Shown: positions 34,933 through 48,122 of the stretch, piece by piece
Numbering within the stretch: position 1 is the first letter of the stretch
Layout of the letters: each line of letters starts with the position of its first letter
Source: Azolla caroliniana
Taxonomy: Eukaryota > Plantae > Polypodiophyta
Reading direction: 5' to 3'
Length of the DNA: 64,000 bases
Assembly: GCA_043228905.1 (NCBI GenBank)
Contig: JBHGNT010000016.1
Coordinates: 11,346,001 to 11,410,000, forward strand
Made by a program: the position numbers and the translations under genes
Notes under the pieces: model-generated
Seen by the model: only the letters and a program-made list of their open reading frames with translations
Database searches by the model: none
Told to the model about the DNA's origin: nothing

Positions 34933-37908
34933 ATGGCTCAAATTAACGACCCGATGTCAACCGCTCAAACGGAAAGAACTCAAGGGAATCCTCCTGGACA
35001 AATGTCCATTGAGATGTATTTGGCACAAATAACCCAATACCTTAGTTTCACCGCTCAACAGATGACCGAACTTCGGCAATCTCAGAGTGCTCTTGAGGCA
35101 CGTGTCATTAGTCTACAACGTGAGACTAATAGACCTGATGAGCGACAAGGTGAACCATCATTTGTCGTTAAGCCATTTACGGGAGACAAAAAGGAAAGAA
35201 CCGAAGAAGCAATCTGCACATGGCTGGGACGATGGGAGTCTCATTTTAAGCTCTATCCCACGCCAGATAGTACGAAGATTGCATATGTCGGCCGAGAACT
35301 CGGGGGTAAGGCCGCCGCCTGGTGGCGTGGGCTCCGTACTATGAGGAAATTGCCCGATACCTGGACAGATTTTGTCACGGTTTTTAAGGGCCAATTTCTG
35401 CAACCTCCCTCTCGAACCGAGGCAGCACAAGCTTTAATGAACCTCTCTAGCAAGAAATTTTCCTCGCTAGAAGACTATGTTCACCATGCTAGAACCCAAA
35501 TCCAAAAATCGGGTCTAGAAGGGGACAATTGGTTGATAGCTTGTTTTGTCAATGGCATCCCCAATTCGGACTATCATTTGATAGTGCACGATAAGGATCC
35601 AAAATCCTTCGAAGAGGCCGTTGAAATAGTTCTTCGCTATCAACGCACTTCGAAGAAGGACCACAACAAACCCAACGAAGCGCCCAGGACTAAGCAGTCG
35701 CAATTTGTTGGGAAACGCAAGACACCCAACGAATTCCTGGATCGGGATTGTAAGTGACAACATCCTATTTGCGTATTCTGCAAAAAGAAGGGTCATACAA
35801 AAGATCAATGCCAAAAGCTCCAACGGAAAGAGCACGACAACAAAGCTAAAGCTGCAGACCATAAAGGTCAGATTCCTAATGTCCTTCAGGTTTATACAGA
35901 TCATTTAAGTAGTTGTCAATGTTCTTTCCCTCACTATGTATTGGGTCCCAATGATTTACTACGTGCAAACGGGTATTATATCAATGGATCTCCCGTACAA
36001 TTTTTATTTGATTCGGGAAGCTCACACAATTTTGTGAATGATCGTTTGGTTCAGATATGGGGAATCCAACCCACCGTAAGTGATCACACCTACACGGTGC
36101 ACTTGGCTGATGGAAGAGTACAATGCATCAACGGGGCGATTCATTCATTAGGAATTTCTATTGATACTTATATAGAGGAAGTAGACTTCCATGTAATGAA
36201 TCTTTGTACCACTGATGTAATACTGGGTTATCCCTGGTTTTATAATAAAAACTCTTCTTTATTTATTGATTGGGTTCGTCATTCCATTTCTTTTGTACTG
36301 AACGATTGTACGCATTTTATTCAATGTGTAAACAAACAATCCCTCTCGATTATTTCCTCGTGTCCATCAATATCCGAGTTGTCTTGTTCTACGTTATTTT
36401 ATTGTGTACTTGATCCGGACATTCACGTTTACAATATCGATAATGTCTCGGATCAATTAACATATTTTGAACAACAACAACTTGATGAAATCTTAAATGA
36501 TTTTCATGATGTTTTTCCAAGTGAACTACCTAATGGGTTACCTCCTAAACGTAATATAGACCATCGTGTAGATATTGTACCTAGTGTTGCACCAATAAGT
36601 ATACCTTCGTATCGCTTAAGTCGATCCGAAGAAGATGAGGTATCTAAGCAACTCAAGGACTATTTACGAATGGGTTATATACGTTATAGTAAATCTCCAT
36701 GGGGTGCACCAGTTCTCTTGGTTAAAAAGAAAGAGGGCACATGGCGTATGTGTATTAATTACTGACGCTTGAATAAAGTGACGATCAAGAATTCGTACCC
36801 ATTGCCCCGGGCTGACGATCTAATTGACCATCTCCAGGGAGTTCGGTATTTTACGAAACTTGATCTCCGTACGGGCTACCATCAAATACGAATAAGTGAG
36901 GACGATGTTCCTAAAACTGCATTTCGTACGCGCTATGGCCATTACGAGTTTTTGGTTATGCCTTTTGGTTTGACCAATGCTCCGGCTACATTTCAACAAG
37001 AAATGAATGACATTTTCCAAGAACAACTTGGAAAATTTGTCGTTATTTTCTTGGATGATATTTTAGTTTATAGCCGTACATTACAAGAACATGCTAGACA
37101 TGTCCGCTTTGTTTTACAAACATTGCGTGACAAATAGTTTTATGCAAAGATCTCAAAATGTGAGTTCTTCAAGAAATCAATTACTTATCTTGGACATCTC
37201 ATAACCGAACGAGGAGTTGAAATTGATCCTTCTCGCATTGAGAAAATCAAGCTTTGGCCCACTCTTCGGAATATTCAAGAAGTTCGATCATTCCTTGATT
37301 TTGTCGGGTTTTTGCGAAAGTCTCTTCGTAATTACTCCCAATTGACGACGCCGTTTACTGATCTTTTAAAAGGTCAAACGCGTAAGTCTACAAAACCTAT
37401 TGTGTGGAATGCTACACTAGACCTCGCCTTTAAGGAACTCAAGGACCTGGTTTGCAAGGCTCCTTCACTTCTTTTACCTGATCCTTCAAAACCTTTTGAG
37501 GTTGAAACTGATGTAAGCGATTATGCTATAGGTGCTGTCTTGTATCAAGATGGTAAACAATTGGAATTCGAGAGTAAGAAACTTGATTCTGCTCAATCTC
37601 GGTATACCATTCAAGAAAAGGAATTATTTGCAGTTATACATGCGCTCAAAACATGGCGCCATTATCTTTATGGAAATCGCTTTGTGGTAACTACGGACCA
37701 CGAGTCCTTGAAATATTTTTGTGACCAACAAGACCTGAAAGGTCGTAAGTCACGATGGGATGATCTCATCCAGGACTTTGATTTTTCCATATGATATCGT
37801 AAAGGTTCCATGAACACTGTCGCTAATGCACTAAGTCGCATCCGTGAAGTTAACATGCTTAGCTTCACTGAAATAACATCAGATCTTTATGATCACCTTC
37901 GAGGAAAG
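34933..37908 (+). pseudogene. Element C gag-PR-RT-RH (5' part)
   Basis: gag AAAWW; PR LFDSGSSHN; [21 protein letters not shown]; RH EKELFA. Contains stops and frameshifts. Confidence 0.93.
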
Positions 37909-38269
37909 TGTCAGGAATAGTACTAAAGCAGAGATGGAATTAGTACTAAGAAGAGCAATACTATTAGTACTAAGAGGACAGGACTGCGTAAGATTCCCGA
38001 GAGAGGAAGTGAGAAGAGGAGAGAGAGAGATAGCGAGGATGAGAGAGAGAGAAAGATGATGGCAGCAGCTAATATATTATGTGAAAAGATAAGTACAAGC
38101 GGCTAAGAGGTTTAAGACTGGCGTTGAACCAATTTGGTTCAAAACAATGCCTTGTGCCTCCTTTTATAGTGTTTTTAGGAATAATCCTGAAGCTTCTAGA
38201 ATGTTCCAGAGAGATCTGGAATATACATCAATTTTCTATGATAAAGCATAAATAATAGCCTACAAATTA

Positions 38270-38335
38270 CAATTCATAGTCTAATGGTAAGAGCTCGACC
38301 CATGTAGCATAAGGTCATGAGTTCGAGTCTTGCCA
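38270..38335 (+). other. tRNA-like A/B-box module in the E LTR (second copy at 43410-43475)
   Basis: TAGTCTAATGG(TAA) at 38277; AAGGTCATGAGTTCGAGTC ending at 38329; 43-nt A-to-B spacing. Confidence 0.7.
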
Positions 38336-38359
38336 TATCATGACACTATCTCCCCCTTA

Positions 38360-41300
38360 AAGATGACGAGTGGAACGAGTCGGCGCTAATTGCGGACCAG
38401 GTTTGTTCAGATACTTACGGTGGAAATCAGCAAGAAGATCCTGTGCATTGGCAACATGCTCAACGGGTTCCCAAGTATGTTTGCTCAGACTATAACCGAG
38501 CCAATCGACCAAGTAATAAAGTTTTTTGCGAACAAGTTTGGAATCGAGGATGGCAGCAACTTCATACTACGTGCTGGCGTCCAACTCCAGCAGGGGCGGT
38601 GGTGGTATCACACGATCGAGAATGGTGTTTGCTTTATAAGGTTCAAGAGAGAACCATGGAAAACCGGATGTATTCGAAGCTGCGGAGGGAGATCAAGGCG
38701 GAATGTGACATCATTAATCTTACCCGTAATACAGAAGGGACCGAGTCGTCGATAATCCAACTTGTCGCACGGTCGAGTAGTCTTGATGTGACGACGTAAG
38801 AGCCATACTCGATCTCTGATGGCAAAAGAGGAGGGAATCCGATGACGATCCGCATAAGTCTTCTGTGTGTGTTGAGCATGACGAAGGTGAGTAGAGAGAT
38901 CCATCTGGATCTTTCGTAGCCTCTCCAAATGATCCTCGGCACGAGGGTTGGTAGGTAGCTCCGGGGTGTCGATCACCGACCAGCGAGGATGGAAACCGGT
39001 ATAAGCAAAAAATGGGGAGACCCGAGTCGAGGAGTGAATAACATTATTATACGCAAACTCCGCAAAGTGGAGAATCTCGGCCCAATCGTCCTGTTGATAA
39101 CTCAGGAAACACCGGAGATATTGCTCCAGCGTTTGGTTTGTTCCACCTGCCCGTCGGTCTGAGGATGGTAGCCGGAGGAGAGGTTGCAAGAGAGCTTGAG
39201 CATGACGACGTAAGAGCCATACTCGATCTCCGATGGCAAAAGAGGAGAGAATCCGATGACGATCCGCATAAGTCTTCTGTGTGTGTTGAGCATGATGAAG
39301 GTGAGTAGAGAGATCCATCTGGATCTTTCGTAGCCTCTCCAAATGATCCTCGGCACGAGGGTTGGTAGGTAGCTCCGGGGTGTCGATCACCGACCAGCGA
39401 GGATGGAAACCGGTATAAGCGAAAAATGGGGAGACCCGAGTCGAGGAGTGAATAACATTATTATACACAAACTCCGCAAAGTGGAGAATCTCGGCCCAAT
39501 CGTCCTGTTGATAACTCAGGAAACACCGGAGATATTGCTCCAACGTTTGGTTTGTTCCACCTGCCCGTCGGTCTGAGGATGGTAGCCGGAGGAGAGGTTG
39601 CAAGAGACCTTGAGCATCTTGAAGAGATGCTGCCAATATTTGGAAACAAATTGCGGTCCTCGGTCACTGATGATACTGTTTGGGAGGCCATGATGCCGAA
39701 ATACCTCATGCATAACAAGGGCGGCAGTTTCCTCGCTAGTGATGGCTTTAGTACACAGCACAAAATGTGCCATCTTCGTATATCGATCGACGACGGTTAG
39801 GATAGCATCGAACCCCTTCCAGACCGACAGATCTGTGATAAAATCAAGACAAATAGATTGTCACGGCTTACTTGGAATCGGTAAGGGTTCCAACAAGCCA
39901 TATGGATGGTGTCGTGGCATCTTTGCTCGGCAGCAAGCATCACAGGTCCGAACGTAGTCGTCGACAAAACGGCGCATGTGGGGCCACCAAAAAGATCGTT
40001 GCACTAGCTCCAACGTCTTAGTACTATCGAAATGTCCCGCCGTATGGGTGTCGTGACAATGTTGGATGATTTGAAGGCGACAGGAGCAATCGGGGACATA
40101 TACGCGCTTTTTAAAGAATAACAAACCATCATGATATTCGAATTGTTGGTAGTCAATACCTGGTTGTTGAGACTGAGTACAGGATGCCCGAGAAATATCA
40201 ATGTGCGCCAGGATGTCTTGAGCAAAACTATCCGTCTTCAAGGTTGCACGTATGTCATCGGTAATCCGTGAATCCATCGGGATGTCAAAACTCCGCATCG
40301 TGTGCAATCGTGTTGGTCCCAAGATTACTTGCTTTTGATTATCAAATGTTGCATCACCAGGACGAGGTGCAAGATATGAACGCCGTGATAGTGCATCTGC
40401 TTTTCCTTGCTGCTTCCCCCGTCGATATGTGATTTTGAAGTCGAAACGCGTGAGGAATTGCGCCCACCGAGCTTGATGTCGATTTAGTAAGCGAGCGTTC
40501 TGAAAATAAGCAAGATTTTTATGATCGCTAAAGACAATGACCTGATGTGGAGAGCCCTCTAAGAAATGCCGCCATTGCACAAATGAATCCACGATGGCGA
40601 ATAACTCCTTGTCATGTATTTCGTAGTTGATTTCTGCGACATCGAATTTGCGTGAATGGAAAGCCACCAGATGCAACTCTTCTTTATCTCCTTGTTGAGA
40701 AAGGATGCTACCGAGGGCGAAATCTGATGCATCGGCCTCCATGATGAATGGTTTGCTTGTATCCACATGAGCTAGAATCGGTGCTAATGTAAAGGCTTTC
40801 TTAAGATGCCGAAAAGCCATATCTGCTTCGATGGACCAAAGAAATGCTTGGCCCTTCTTCGTAAGTTGTGTGAGAGGTAAAATAATCTTCGAGTAATCCT
40901 GTATAAACTTACGGTAGAAGTTAGCAAAACCTTGAAAACATTGTACATCTCGTACCGACCGTGCAATTTGCCACTCTAGTACAGTTTGGATTTTAGCTGG
41001 ATCCATGGCGATGCCCTTTGAGGAGATGACGTAGCCTAGAAATTCTACTTGCTTGCAGTCAAAGCTACATTTTTCTAGCTCGGTGGGTGACAAGTTATAA
41101 ATTGGTCCCCATGGTGGCTCGGTTCCTGGTTGTAAATCGATGGGACAGTCATAGGGACGGTGATGAGGAAGGGTATCGGCTTTTATCTTGTCAAATACAT
41201 CGGCATAAGGATGATATTTTGCCGGAAGTTGTACTGAGGAGTCCTTCTTAATAGTGCTGGAAGGATGTACTGATATTGCAAATAGGAACATTGCCTCCTT

Positions 41301-42972
41301 GTGTCCTTCTTCGCGTAATTGATGGAGTGAAATGGTCGAAACTCGGTGAGTAGATGCTTGGGGTGGTCGATATCGGACTTCTCTTGTTCTCCAATCTATG
41401 GCTGGATTATGTAATTCAAACCAAGGTAATCCTAGGACAATGGGATGCTCTAGACTACTAATTATATTAAATGATATTACACACACAAAACTACCTAGGA
41501 CAACTTGAATGGGTTCTGATTCTTCTACAATATTCCCGGAAGCAATGGGATGACCATCAATGACCACTACAGATGCAGGATAAGGAAGTTTCCTTAGGGA
41601 TATCTGAGAAGCTTGGGCAAAATTTCGATCCATAAAATAGGAATTAGCTCCGGATTCTAAGAGTGCTAGGACGGGTACTGGGGGAGTACTTTTAGTACTA
41701 ACAATGACTTGGGCTAGGAACACATTCCTAACTTGCTTGGAAGGAATAGAACCACTAATGGGCTGTACAGATCTAAGGCTGTTGTCCAACCAAACGACTC
41801 CTATTTTGGCTGGACTCAATCGTTTAACTCTTCATCTAATTCACTAAGGATTTCAAATTTGTTTGAGATACATGGGCTATTAGTACTGTGAATACTATCT
41901 AACACTCTATTAGTACTATTAATACTATCAGACACTCCGAAGGGAAGAATTGACTCGGGTTTAGTACAGGCGATGATTTGATTTACCTGTCTTCTTGGCC
42001 TATGGGGACAATTGATGGCGATATGCCCTGGTCCACCGCAATAAAGACATAATCGATTGGCACGTCGTCGTTGCTTTTCTTCTTCCGATAACAGGCCGCG
42101 TCGACGCATGGTGTCGATCTCCATCGGTGTCGGAATATTGGCTTGAGGTACTTCGTGTGCAAACGGTTTAGCCGTGACTGAGGTGTATGTGGTTTCCGGC
42201 CGAGAGCGTGGTATTTGTAACTGACGTTCCGAACGCTGTTCGAAAAGGCGGTTGTCGCATCGGACCGCTCGACTGATTGCCTCCGTAAGAGACTTTGGTT
42301 CTTCGGGGAAGGTTTAAAGCAAATCTTTGACATCATTGCGCAAGCCGTAGCGAAACTGCTCCATGAGGACCTGGTCATCCCAGGGGATATCTGAGGCGAG
42401 TAGACGGAAATCCGCCGCGTAGGCAGAGGCTGGACGATCGCCTTGACGCAATCTTCGGATCTTGTTGATCGCCATCCTGATGCTATCGATATCTCCAAAG
42501 CAGGCTTTAAACTCACCAATAAAATCTTCAAAGTTATTAAGCAAGGGCGATTATTTTCTAGAAGCGGAGCGAACCATGCCAAGGCTGAGCCGCTAAGTAA
42601 CGTGCCTATTAGGCCGACTCGAGATGCATCACTGGGATATCGGGAAGGATGCATCTGGATGACTAAGCGTACCTGATTAAGGAATCCCCGGAATTGCGAT
42701 CGCATTCCATCAAATTTCACAGGAAGTCCAATCTTGGGCTCTTTATGAAATCCTTGGGGACTTGATCCTTGTTGTTGCAACGCTGCTTCGAGTTGTTGTA
42801 CTCATAACGCTAACTCCCCATGTTGTTGTTGCGTTTGTTGTTTTTCGAGAGCGAATTGTTGCATATCCCCTATCAACCGTTGGTTTTCTTGTTCCAGGGC
42901 AACAAACTTTTCTTTTAGGCACTGTAACTCAGAGAAAATGGATTGATATTCTTGGGCGCTAACAGTAGCCAT
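38360..42972 (-). pseudogene. Element E gag-pol with the RT core deleted
   Basis: PIYNLSPTELE joins directly to KCSFDCKQVEFLGY with no YxDD motif; RH and INT present with frameshifts. Confidence 0.9.
38789..39616. repeat. 414-bp tandem duplication in the element E integrase
   Basis: 38789-39202 matches 39203-39616 with few substitutions. Confidence 0.95.
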
Positions 42973-43485
42973 AGTATAGGGAAAAGGGTAGGAGGATGAG
43001 GGAGAATGACAAGTAGGCTGGAGGAATGACAAGTAGGTTCAAACTGTTAGGAATAGTACTAAAATAGAGATGGAATTAGTATTAAGAAGAGTAGTACTAT
43101 TAGTACTAAGAGGACGGGACTGCGTAAGATTCCCGAGAGGAAGTGAGAAGAGGAGAGAGAGAGATAGCGAGGATGAGAGAGAGAGAAAGATGATGACAAC
43201 AGCTAATATATTATGTGAAAAGATAAGTACAAGCGGCTAAGAGGCTTAAGACTGGCGTTGAACCAATTTGGTTCAAAACAATGCCTTGTGCCTCCTTTTA
43301 TAGTGTTTTTTGGAATAATCCTGAAGCTTCTAGAATGTTCCAGAGAGATCTGGAATATACATCAATTTTCTATGATAAAGCATAAATGAAAATAATATCC
43401 TACAAATTACAATTCATAGTCTAATGGTAAGAGCTCGACCCATGTAGCATAAGGTCATGGGTTTGAGTCTTGCCATATCATGACA

Positions 43486-44937
43486 GAAAGTATCCTGATG
43501 ACAGTTATTTTGCAAAATACTGGGCAAGAGTTGAGTCTGGAACAGACACCACCACATCCTCGAAGGAATACTTCCACATTGCTAACGGTTTACTCTACCG
43601 TAATGGGAATGTTTGTGTTCCAGATTTACCCGAGGTCAAAAAGAGGATTCTTTTTGAATGCCATGATGCACCCTCAGCAGGGTACCTTGGAATACATCGT
43701 ACACTCGTTCTCATCTCCACTCAATTTTATTGGCCTAAGATGCGTCATAACATACATAGCTATGTGAGTAAATGTCACCAGTGTCAGCTTAACAAAGCCG
43801 AGCGACTTAAAGCCGCAGGACTTTTACATCCCTTGGACATTCCCAATAATAAGTGGGAAAGCATATCCATGGATTTTATTGTTAGCCTTCCTTGCACCCA
43901 AAAAGGCCATGATGCCATCTGGGTTGTCGTTGATCGACTAACTAAAATGGCCAGATTTATTGCTACTAAAACCACGGTAACAGCTCCTGAATTGGCTTAC
44001 CAATTCATTGACGAATTATTTCGTTTTTATGGGTTACCGATGGATATCGTGAGTGATCGAGATCCAAAGTTTACTAGTGACTTCTGGACGCAAGTCTTTA
44101 AGAAGTTAGAAACTACGTTGAGCATGAGCTCCACGGATCATCCTCAATTCGATGGATAGAAAGAACGAGTAAATCAAATTATTGAGGACATGCTTCGAGC
44201 ATACGTTGGTGCAAAACCGACAAAATGGGAACGTTATCTCCCAATTTTGGAGTTTGCTTATAACAGCTCCAAGCACACGTCGACAGGATATAGTCCTTTT
44301 ATGTTGATGTACGGTTTTCAGCCACGAGCCCCGATTGATGTTAATATACATCATGATGAGTTGCGAAGTACGCAAAACTTTCTTCGGGATATGCAAGATA
44401 TGCTGCATATTGCATGAGATAATATAAAAACAGCTCAAGATAGAGCGCGTTTTTATGCCGATCATCATAGGCAACCTCATGTATTCAACCCTGGACAGAA
44501 GGTATTTTGACGTGTACCTCACAATTCTAAGACATTGTCTACGGGTAAGTGCGCTAAGTTAGCCCCACGGTTTTGTGAACCTTTTACAGTCCTCAAACGC
44601 ATTGGGTCATCAGCCTATCGTCTTGCTCTTCCCGATGGTGTTGGAATTCATCCAGTCTTCCATGTGAGTCGTCTAAAAGAACTTCTAGGTTCTGGCGATA
44701 ATATAGTTACAACTGAAACTCTGGTTACTTCTGAAGAATTATCTTCTAAACCACATGTACCAAGAAGAATTCTCGATGTTAAAACAAAAAAATTACGTAC
44801 TAAAGAAATCCGAGAATTTAAAATACAATGGATGGATAAATCAATAAAAGATGCCACATGGGAACGCGAAAATACTCTCAGAACTAATTTCCCTAACTTT
44901 CCATTGCAAGAGTGCAATGTTTTAAAGAGGGGGAGTA
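43486..44937 (+). pseudogene. Element C integrase plus chromodomain (3' part)
   Basis: ISMDFI, SDRDPKF, HPVFHVSRLK, ILDVK..FKIQW..ATWE. Confidence 0.93.
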
Positions 44938-45399
44938 TGTTACGGGCATGACCATTTAATATCCCGTGGTGAGAATTTACCGTACTATTCTATACATGTG
45001 GATAAGTGTGAGGGTTAAACGAGAGTGTAAAGAAGGGGAGGATTACTTTTAATCCTCGGGATTGAGACAACCCATTAGGTCAAGTGTGAACTTGCCTAGG
45101 GGCCTTGGGTATCACTATAAATAAGAGGCCTAGCTACCCTCATTTGATCATCTTTTTTTACTACATCGAGACTCTGCTCTTGTGGTGGGTCAACTCTTGT
45201 AGCGAGCACGCCAGCACCAGGTACGACTCGACGCCACGGCGGTGGTATGGGACGCCGATCGAGGCTCGAGTCCGTCTCGATCCCTTCGCTCGGGGGTGGT
45301 CGGGTGGATCGGCACCCTTCTTTCTCTTTCTCCTTTCTATCTATCATTTGTTTATCCTTATCTTAAGCTTACTTTAGTACTTAGATCTCTAATACATAC

Positions 45400-45700
45400 G
45401 AAAAAGAACATGGGGTCAAGATATTCGAGGATGCAATCATGAAGAGAGACGTAATGAAGAACAAGAGGGGAAAGACCAAGATACGCAAGAATACAGTCAT
45501 GAGGAGACATGTGACGAAGAATGTGGGCTCGAGGGGAAAGACGAAGATACTTAAGGATGCAGTCGTGAAGGGACATGCAATTAAGAATGTGGGATTGAGA
45601 GGAAGGATACAGTCATGAAGAGACATGCAACAGAACACGTGATCTTGAGGAGAAAGACAAAGATCATTACGAACACACAAGGAGTGCTCGAGATCTACAG
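45400..45700 (+). repeat. Degenerate 50-66 bp repeats of the element B interior, continuing 22715-22813
   Basis: AAGATATTCGAGGA..GTGAAGAGACAT units occur on both sides of insertion C. Confidence 0.8.
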
Positions 45701-46249
45701 GGTTATGATCGTGACAAAGATTACTATAAAAACAAGAGGAGAAATCAAGTTCGAGCCCTTCATGGTTGTGCTAATGAAAAAGAACTCGATGAAAACCATG
45801 ATGGTGAGCGAAGCTAGGATCAAGAATCTCAGTGTTTAAATTGTGGAGACGAGTATGACAAGTTTAATGAGAGCCACGAACAAGAGAAGAAGTTAGCAAG
45901 AGACAAAAAATTTACATTTAAACGTGATGACGGTGATGATAATAACGATACACATGATTTAGGGAAGAATGAGGGTTATGATGAATCAAAGTTGTGCACT
46001 TTCTATGGATATGGTTATGATAAGGGTAATGATGAGGGTGAGAGTGACGAAGAGGAATTGTGTGTTTTAGGTTGCCTTGGTTTTCTTCGTGATAGATTTT
46101 ATAAGGGTTTCACTAAATCTAATGGTGAGATTCATGAGGACATCCATTATGAAAATAGAATAGGGATTTGAGATGATGAGGACGTTCTACAAAAAATATG
46201 TCCATGATGATGTGGGGTTAACCTAATGATCACAAAGGAATAAGTAATG

Positions 46250-46560
46250 AGAATCTAGAAAATGTTATTTGGGATGTGTATAATGATGATGTTGATGTTG
46301 ATGTTGTGAGTATGTGTGGGAAGGATAGGATTAAGGTTGATAATATTGAGGATAATCTAGAAAATGTTATGATGGTTTGGGATGTGTATAATGATGATGT
46401 TGATGTTGATGTTGTGAGTATGTGTGGGAAGGATAGGATTAAGGTTGATAATATTGAGGATAATCTAGAAAATGTTATGATGGTTTGGGATGTGTATAAT
46501 GATAATGTTGGTGTTGTGAGTGTGTGCGGGAAGGATGAGTTTAGGGTAGATGATATTGAA
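46250..46560 (+). repeat. 108-bp tandem repeat, about 2.8 copies
   Basis: AATCTAGAAAATGTTAT at about 46252, 46354 and 46462. Confidence 0.93.
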
Positions 46561-46904
46561 TATGATGGTTATCTCGTGATAAATGATTCAGTGATTAAAG
46601 ATGTTGTTAACTCAAAGGATGACTATAATGATGATATACGTATAATTATCATTGAGGTTGTTATCGAAGAAGATAATGTTGTGGTAAAATGGATGGTTAT
46701 TACTTATAAAGAATAAAGGACAAAAGTGGTTATGAGGACTACCCATGGGAAGGAAGGGAAAGATGCAGGAAGATGGTGTTCAACTAAACAGAGGAGGTTG
46801 TATTGCCACATTTCTATCTCCCATCTCAAAGAAAATAATTGGCTAATTAGAAGAAGCACCTGATTTTTAGATTCGGTTCGACAAGACACATCGATTGCAT
46901 CCCA

Positions 46905-47075
46905 ACAAGATCGAAGAAGGAGGTTGGGTATTGGTCTACAACAACAACCTTGACAAACCAACACAAGACGACAAGAAAGTTTGCAAGAAGGTGGTTCCGA
47001 CCATATGTGGTGAATATCAAGGTTGGCCATACCCATTGCGGGGAAAAGAATAAAGATCTTCAAGAAAAGACAAGA
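46905..47075 (+). pseudogene. Integrase C-terminal relic in element B
   Basis: KIEEGGWVLVYNNNLD..RKFARRWFRPYVV..AIPIAGKRIKIFKKR is homologous to the end of element A pol. Confidence 0.85.
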
Positions 47076-47449
47076 TGAGGGTCCTAACCTCAACAATGAA
47101 GATAGTAAGGCGGAACCTACAAACATGACCAAGGTCAAATGAGGATGTGGAGGAAATTGATTGATCACTATAGCCGAAATCTCACACTCTTTTCTTGGCA
47201 CATACTAGAGGACGTGCGGTTTGGTGGAGGTGGATGTCGTGAAGATTTTCGGCAACGGTGTGAAAATTGCGTGGAATGGAGAAAATCGAGAAGATGGAAT
47301 GTGCACATGTATGAAAGGGGTGATAGTTACACTCGTATGTTAGCACATTAATATGCACTTGAGATGTGCATTTAGATGCTCACTACACAAAATATGAAAA
47401 AAAGAAGAAGGAAAAAAAGCCTAGGGCCTAGTGTCATACAAAGAGGTGC

Positions 47450-47515
47450 AAGTAGGGTTTTGAACCTTACACTGCCAAGATAGGAAACAATTGACATACC
47501 ATTAGGCTAAGTTGT
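47450..47515 (-). other. tRNA-like A/B-box module in the element B LTR
   Basis: TAGCCTAATGG (47509-47499) and GGTTCAAAACC (47466-47456). Confidence 0.6.
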
Positions 47516-47920
47516 TTCTTTAAAATTTATTTTTATCATTGTACTTTTCAGATGTAAATTCTCATACATGAGAGCTTGGATGAGTGACGTGGTCATCATG
47601 CATCACATGTGATGCATGAACGCCAAATGGCAAACATGCATCGCATGCATTGTATGCATGTCTTGTACCCTCACATGCATCATATGCATGGGGGCACCTA
47701 TAAAAGAAAGGAAGAAAAAGAAAGAGTGGGGGCAAGAATCAAGCTATGAATTGAATCAAGATCTTAATAATAAAAAACCTTGTTATCTTATTGTTGATGT
47801 GTCTTGTTTCTCGAAACTGAAGTCAAGGGTTCAAACCCAAAATTGGAATTTCCATCCATCCATCTATCTATCTATCTTAAACACTTCCTCAAATTCCGTC
47901 TTTCTCTCTCTCTTTTTCTC

Positions 47921-48122
47921 GTAAGTACCTTACCCTAGTGGTAAGTTATTAACACTACAAGCATTGCGTCATAGGTTGAAAACCAATCTCCTCACCTCTC
48001 TAGTATATACTTCATATACTCTTAATTCACTAAACGCCACTATGGAATGTAGGGGTTGAACCCATGACCACTTGGTCTCCATTGGGCAACCTTACCAACT
48101 GAGCTACATCCATCTAGGCAAA
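47921..48122. other. 200-bp insert with two convergent tRNA-like modules (SINE/MITE-like)
   Basis: Plus strand: TACCCTAGTGG at 47931 and GGTTGAAAACC at 47974. Minus strand: TAGCTCAGTTGG at 48106 and GGTTCAACCCC at 48062. Absent from the other B LTR. Confidence 0.55.

Larger units (their letters stand above)
37909..43485 (-). mobile_element. Element E: Tcn1/Sushi-like chromovirus, non-autonomous
   Basis: LTRs 37909-38345 and 43045-43485; TSD GAAAG; PPT TTAAGGGGGAGATAG; PEG10-like gag (PKIGLPVKFDG..ALAWF; MEID..CLYCGGPGHIAINC); class I chromodomain YEVAAILDS..YLVDWLGY..TWEP at about 38570-38400. Confidence 0.95.
22814..45394 (+). mobile_element. Element C: Ty3/Gypsy chromovirus, decayed, with nested D and E
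   Basis: 457-bp LTRs (22814-22957 plus 32939-33251; 44938-45394) with TG..TA ends; TSD CATAT/CATAC; PBS TGGTATCAGA 33254-33263; PPT AAAGAGGGGGAG. Confidence 0.95.

Noticed and set aside
46276-46716. Asp/Val-rich protein gene
   Set aside because: The ORF arises from the 108-bp tandem repeat inside decayed element B.
38270-48112. Functional tRNA genes
   Set aside because: Only the A/B boxes and partial D/T arms fit; no convincing acceptor or anticodon stems.
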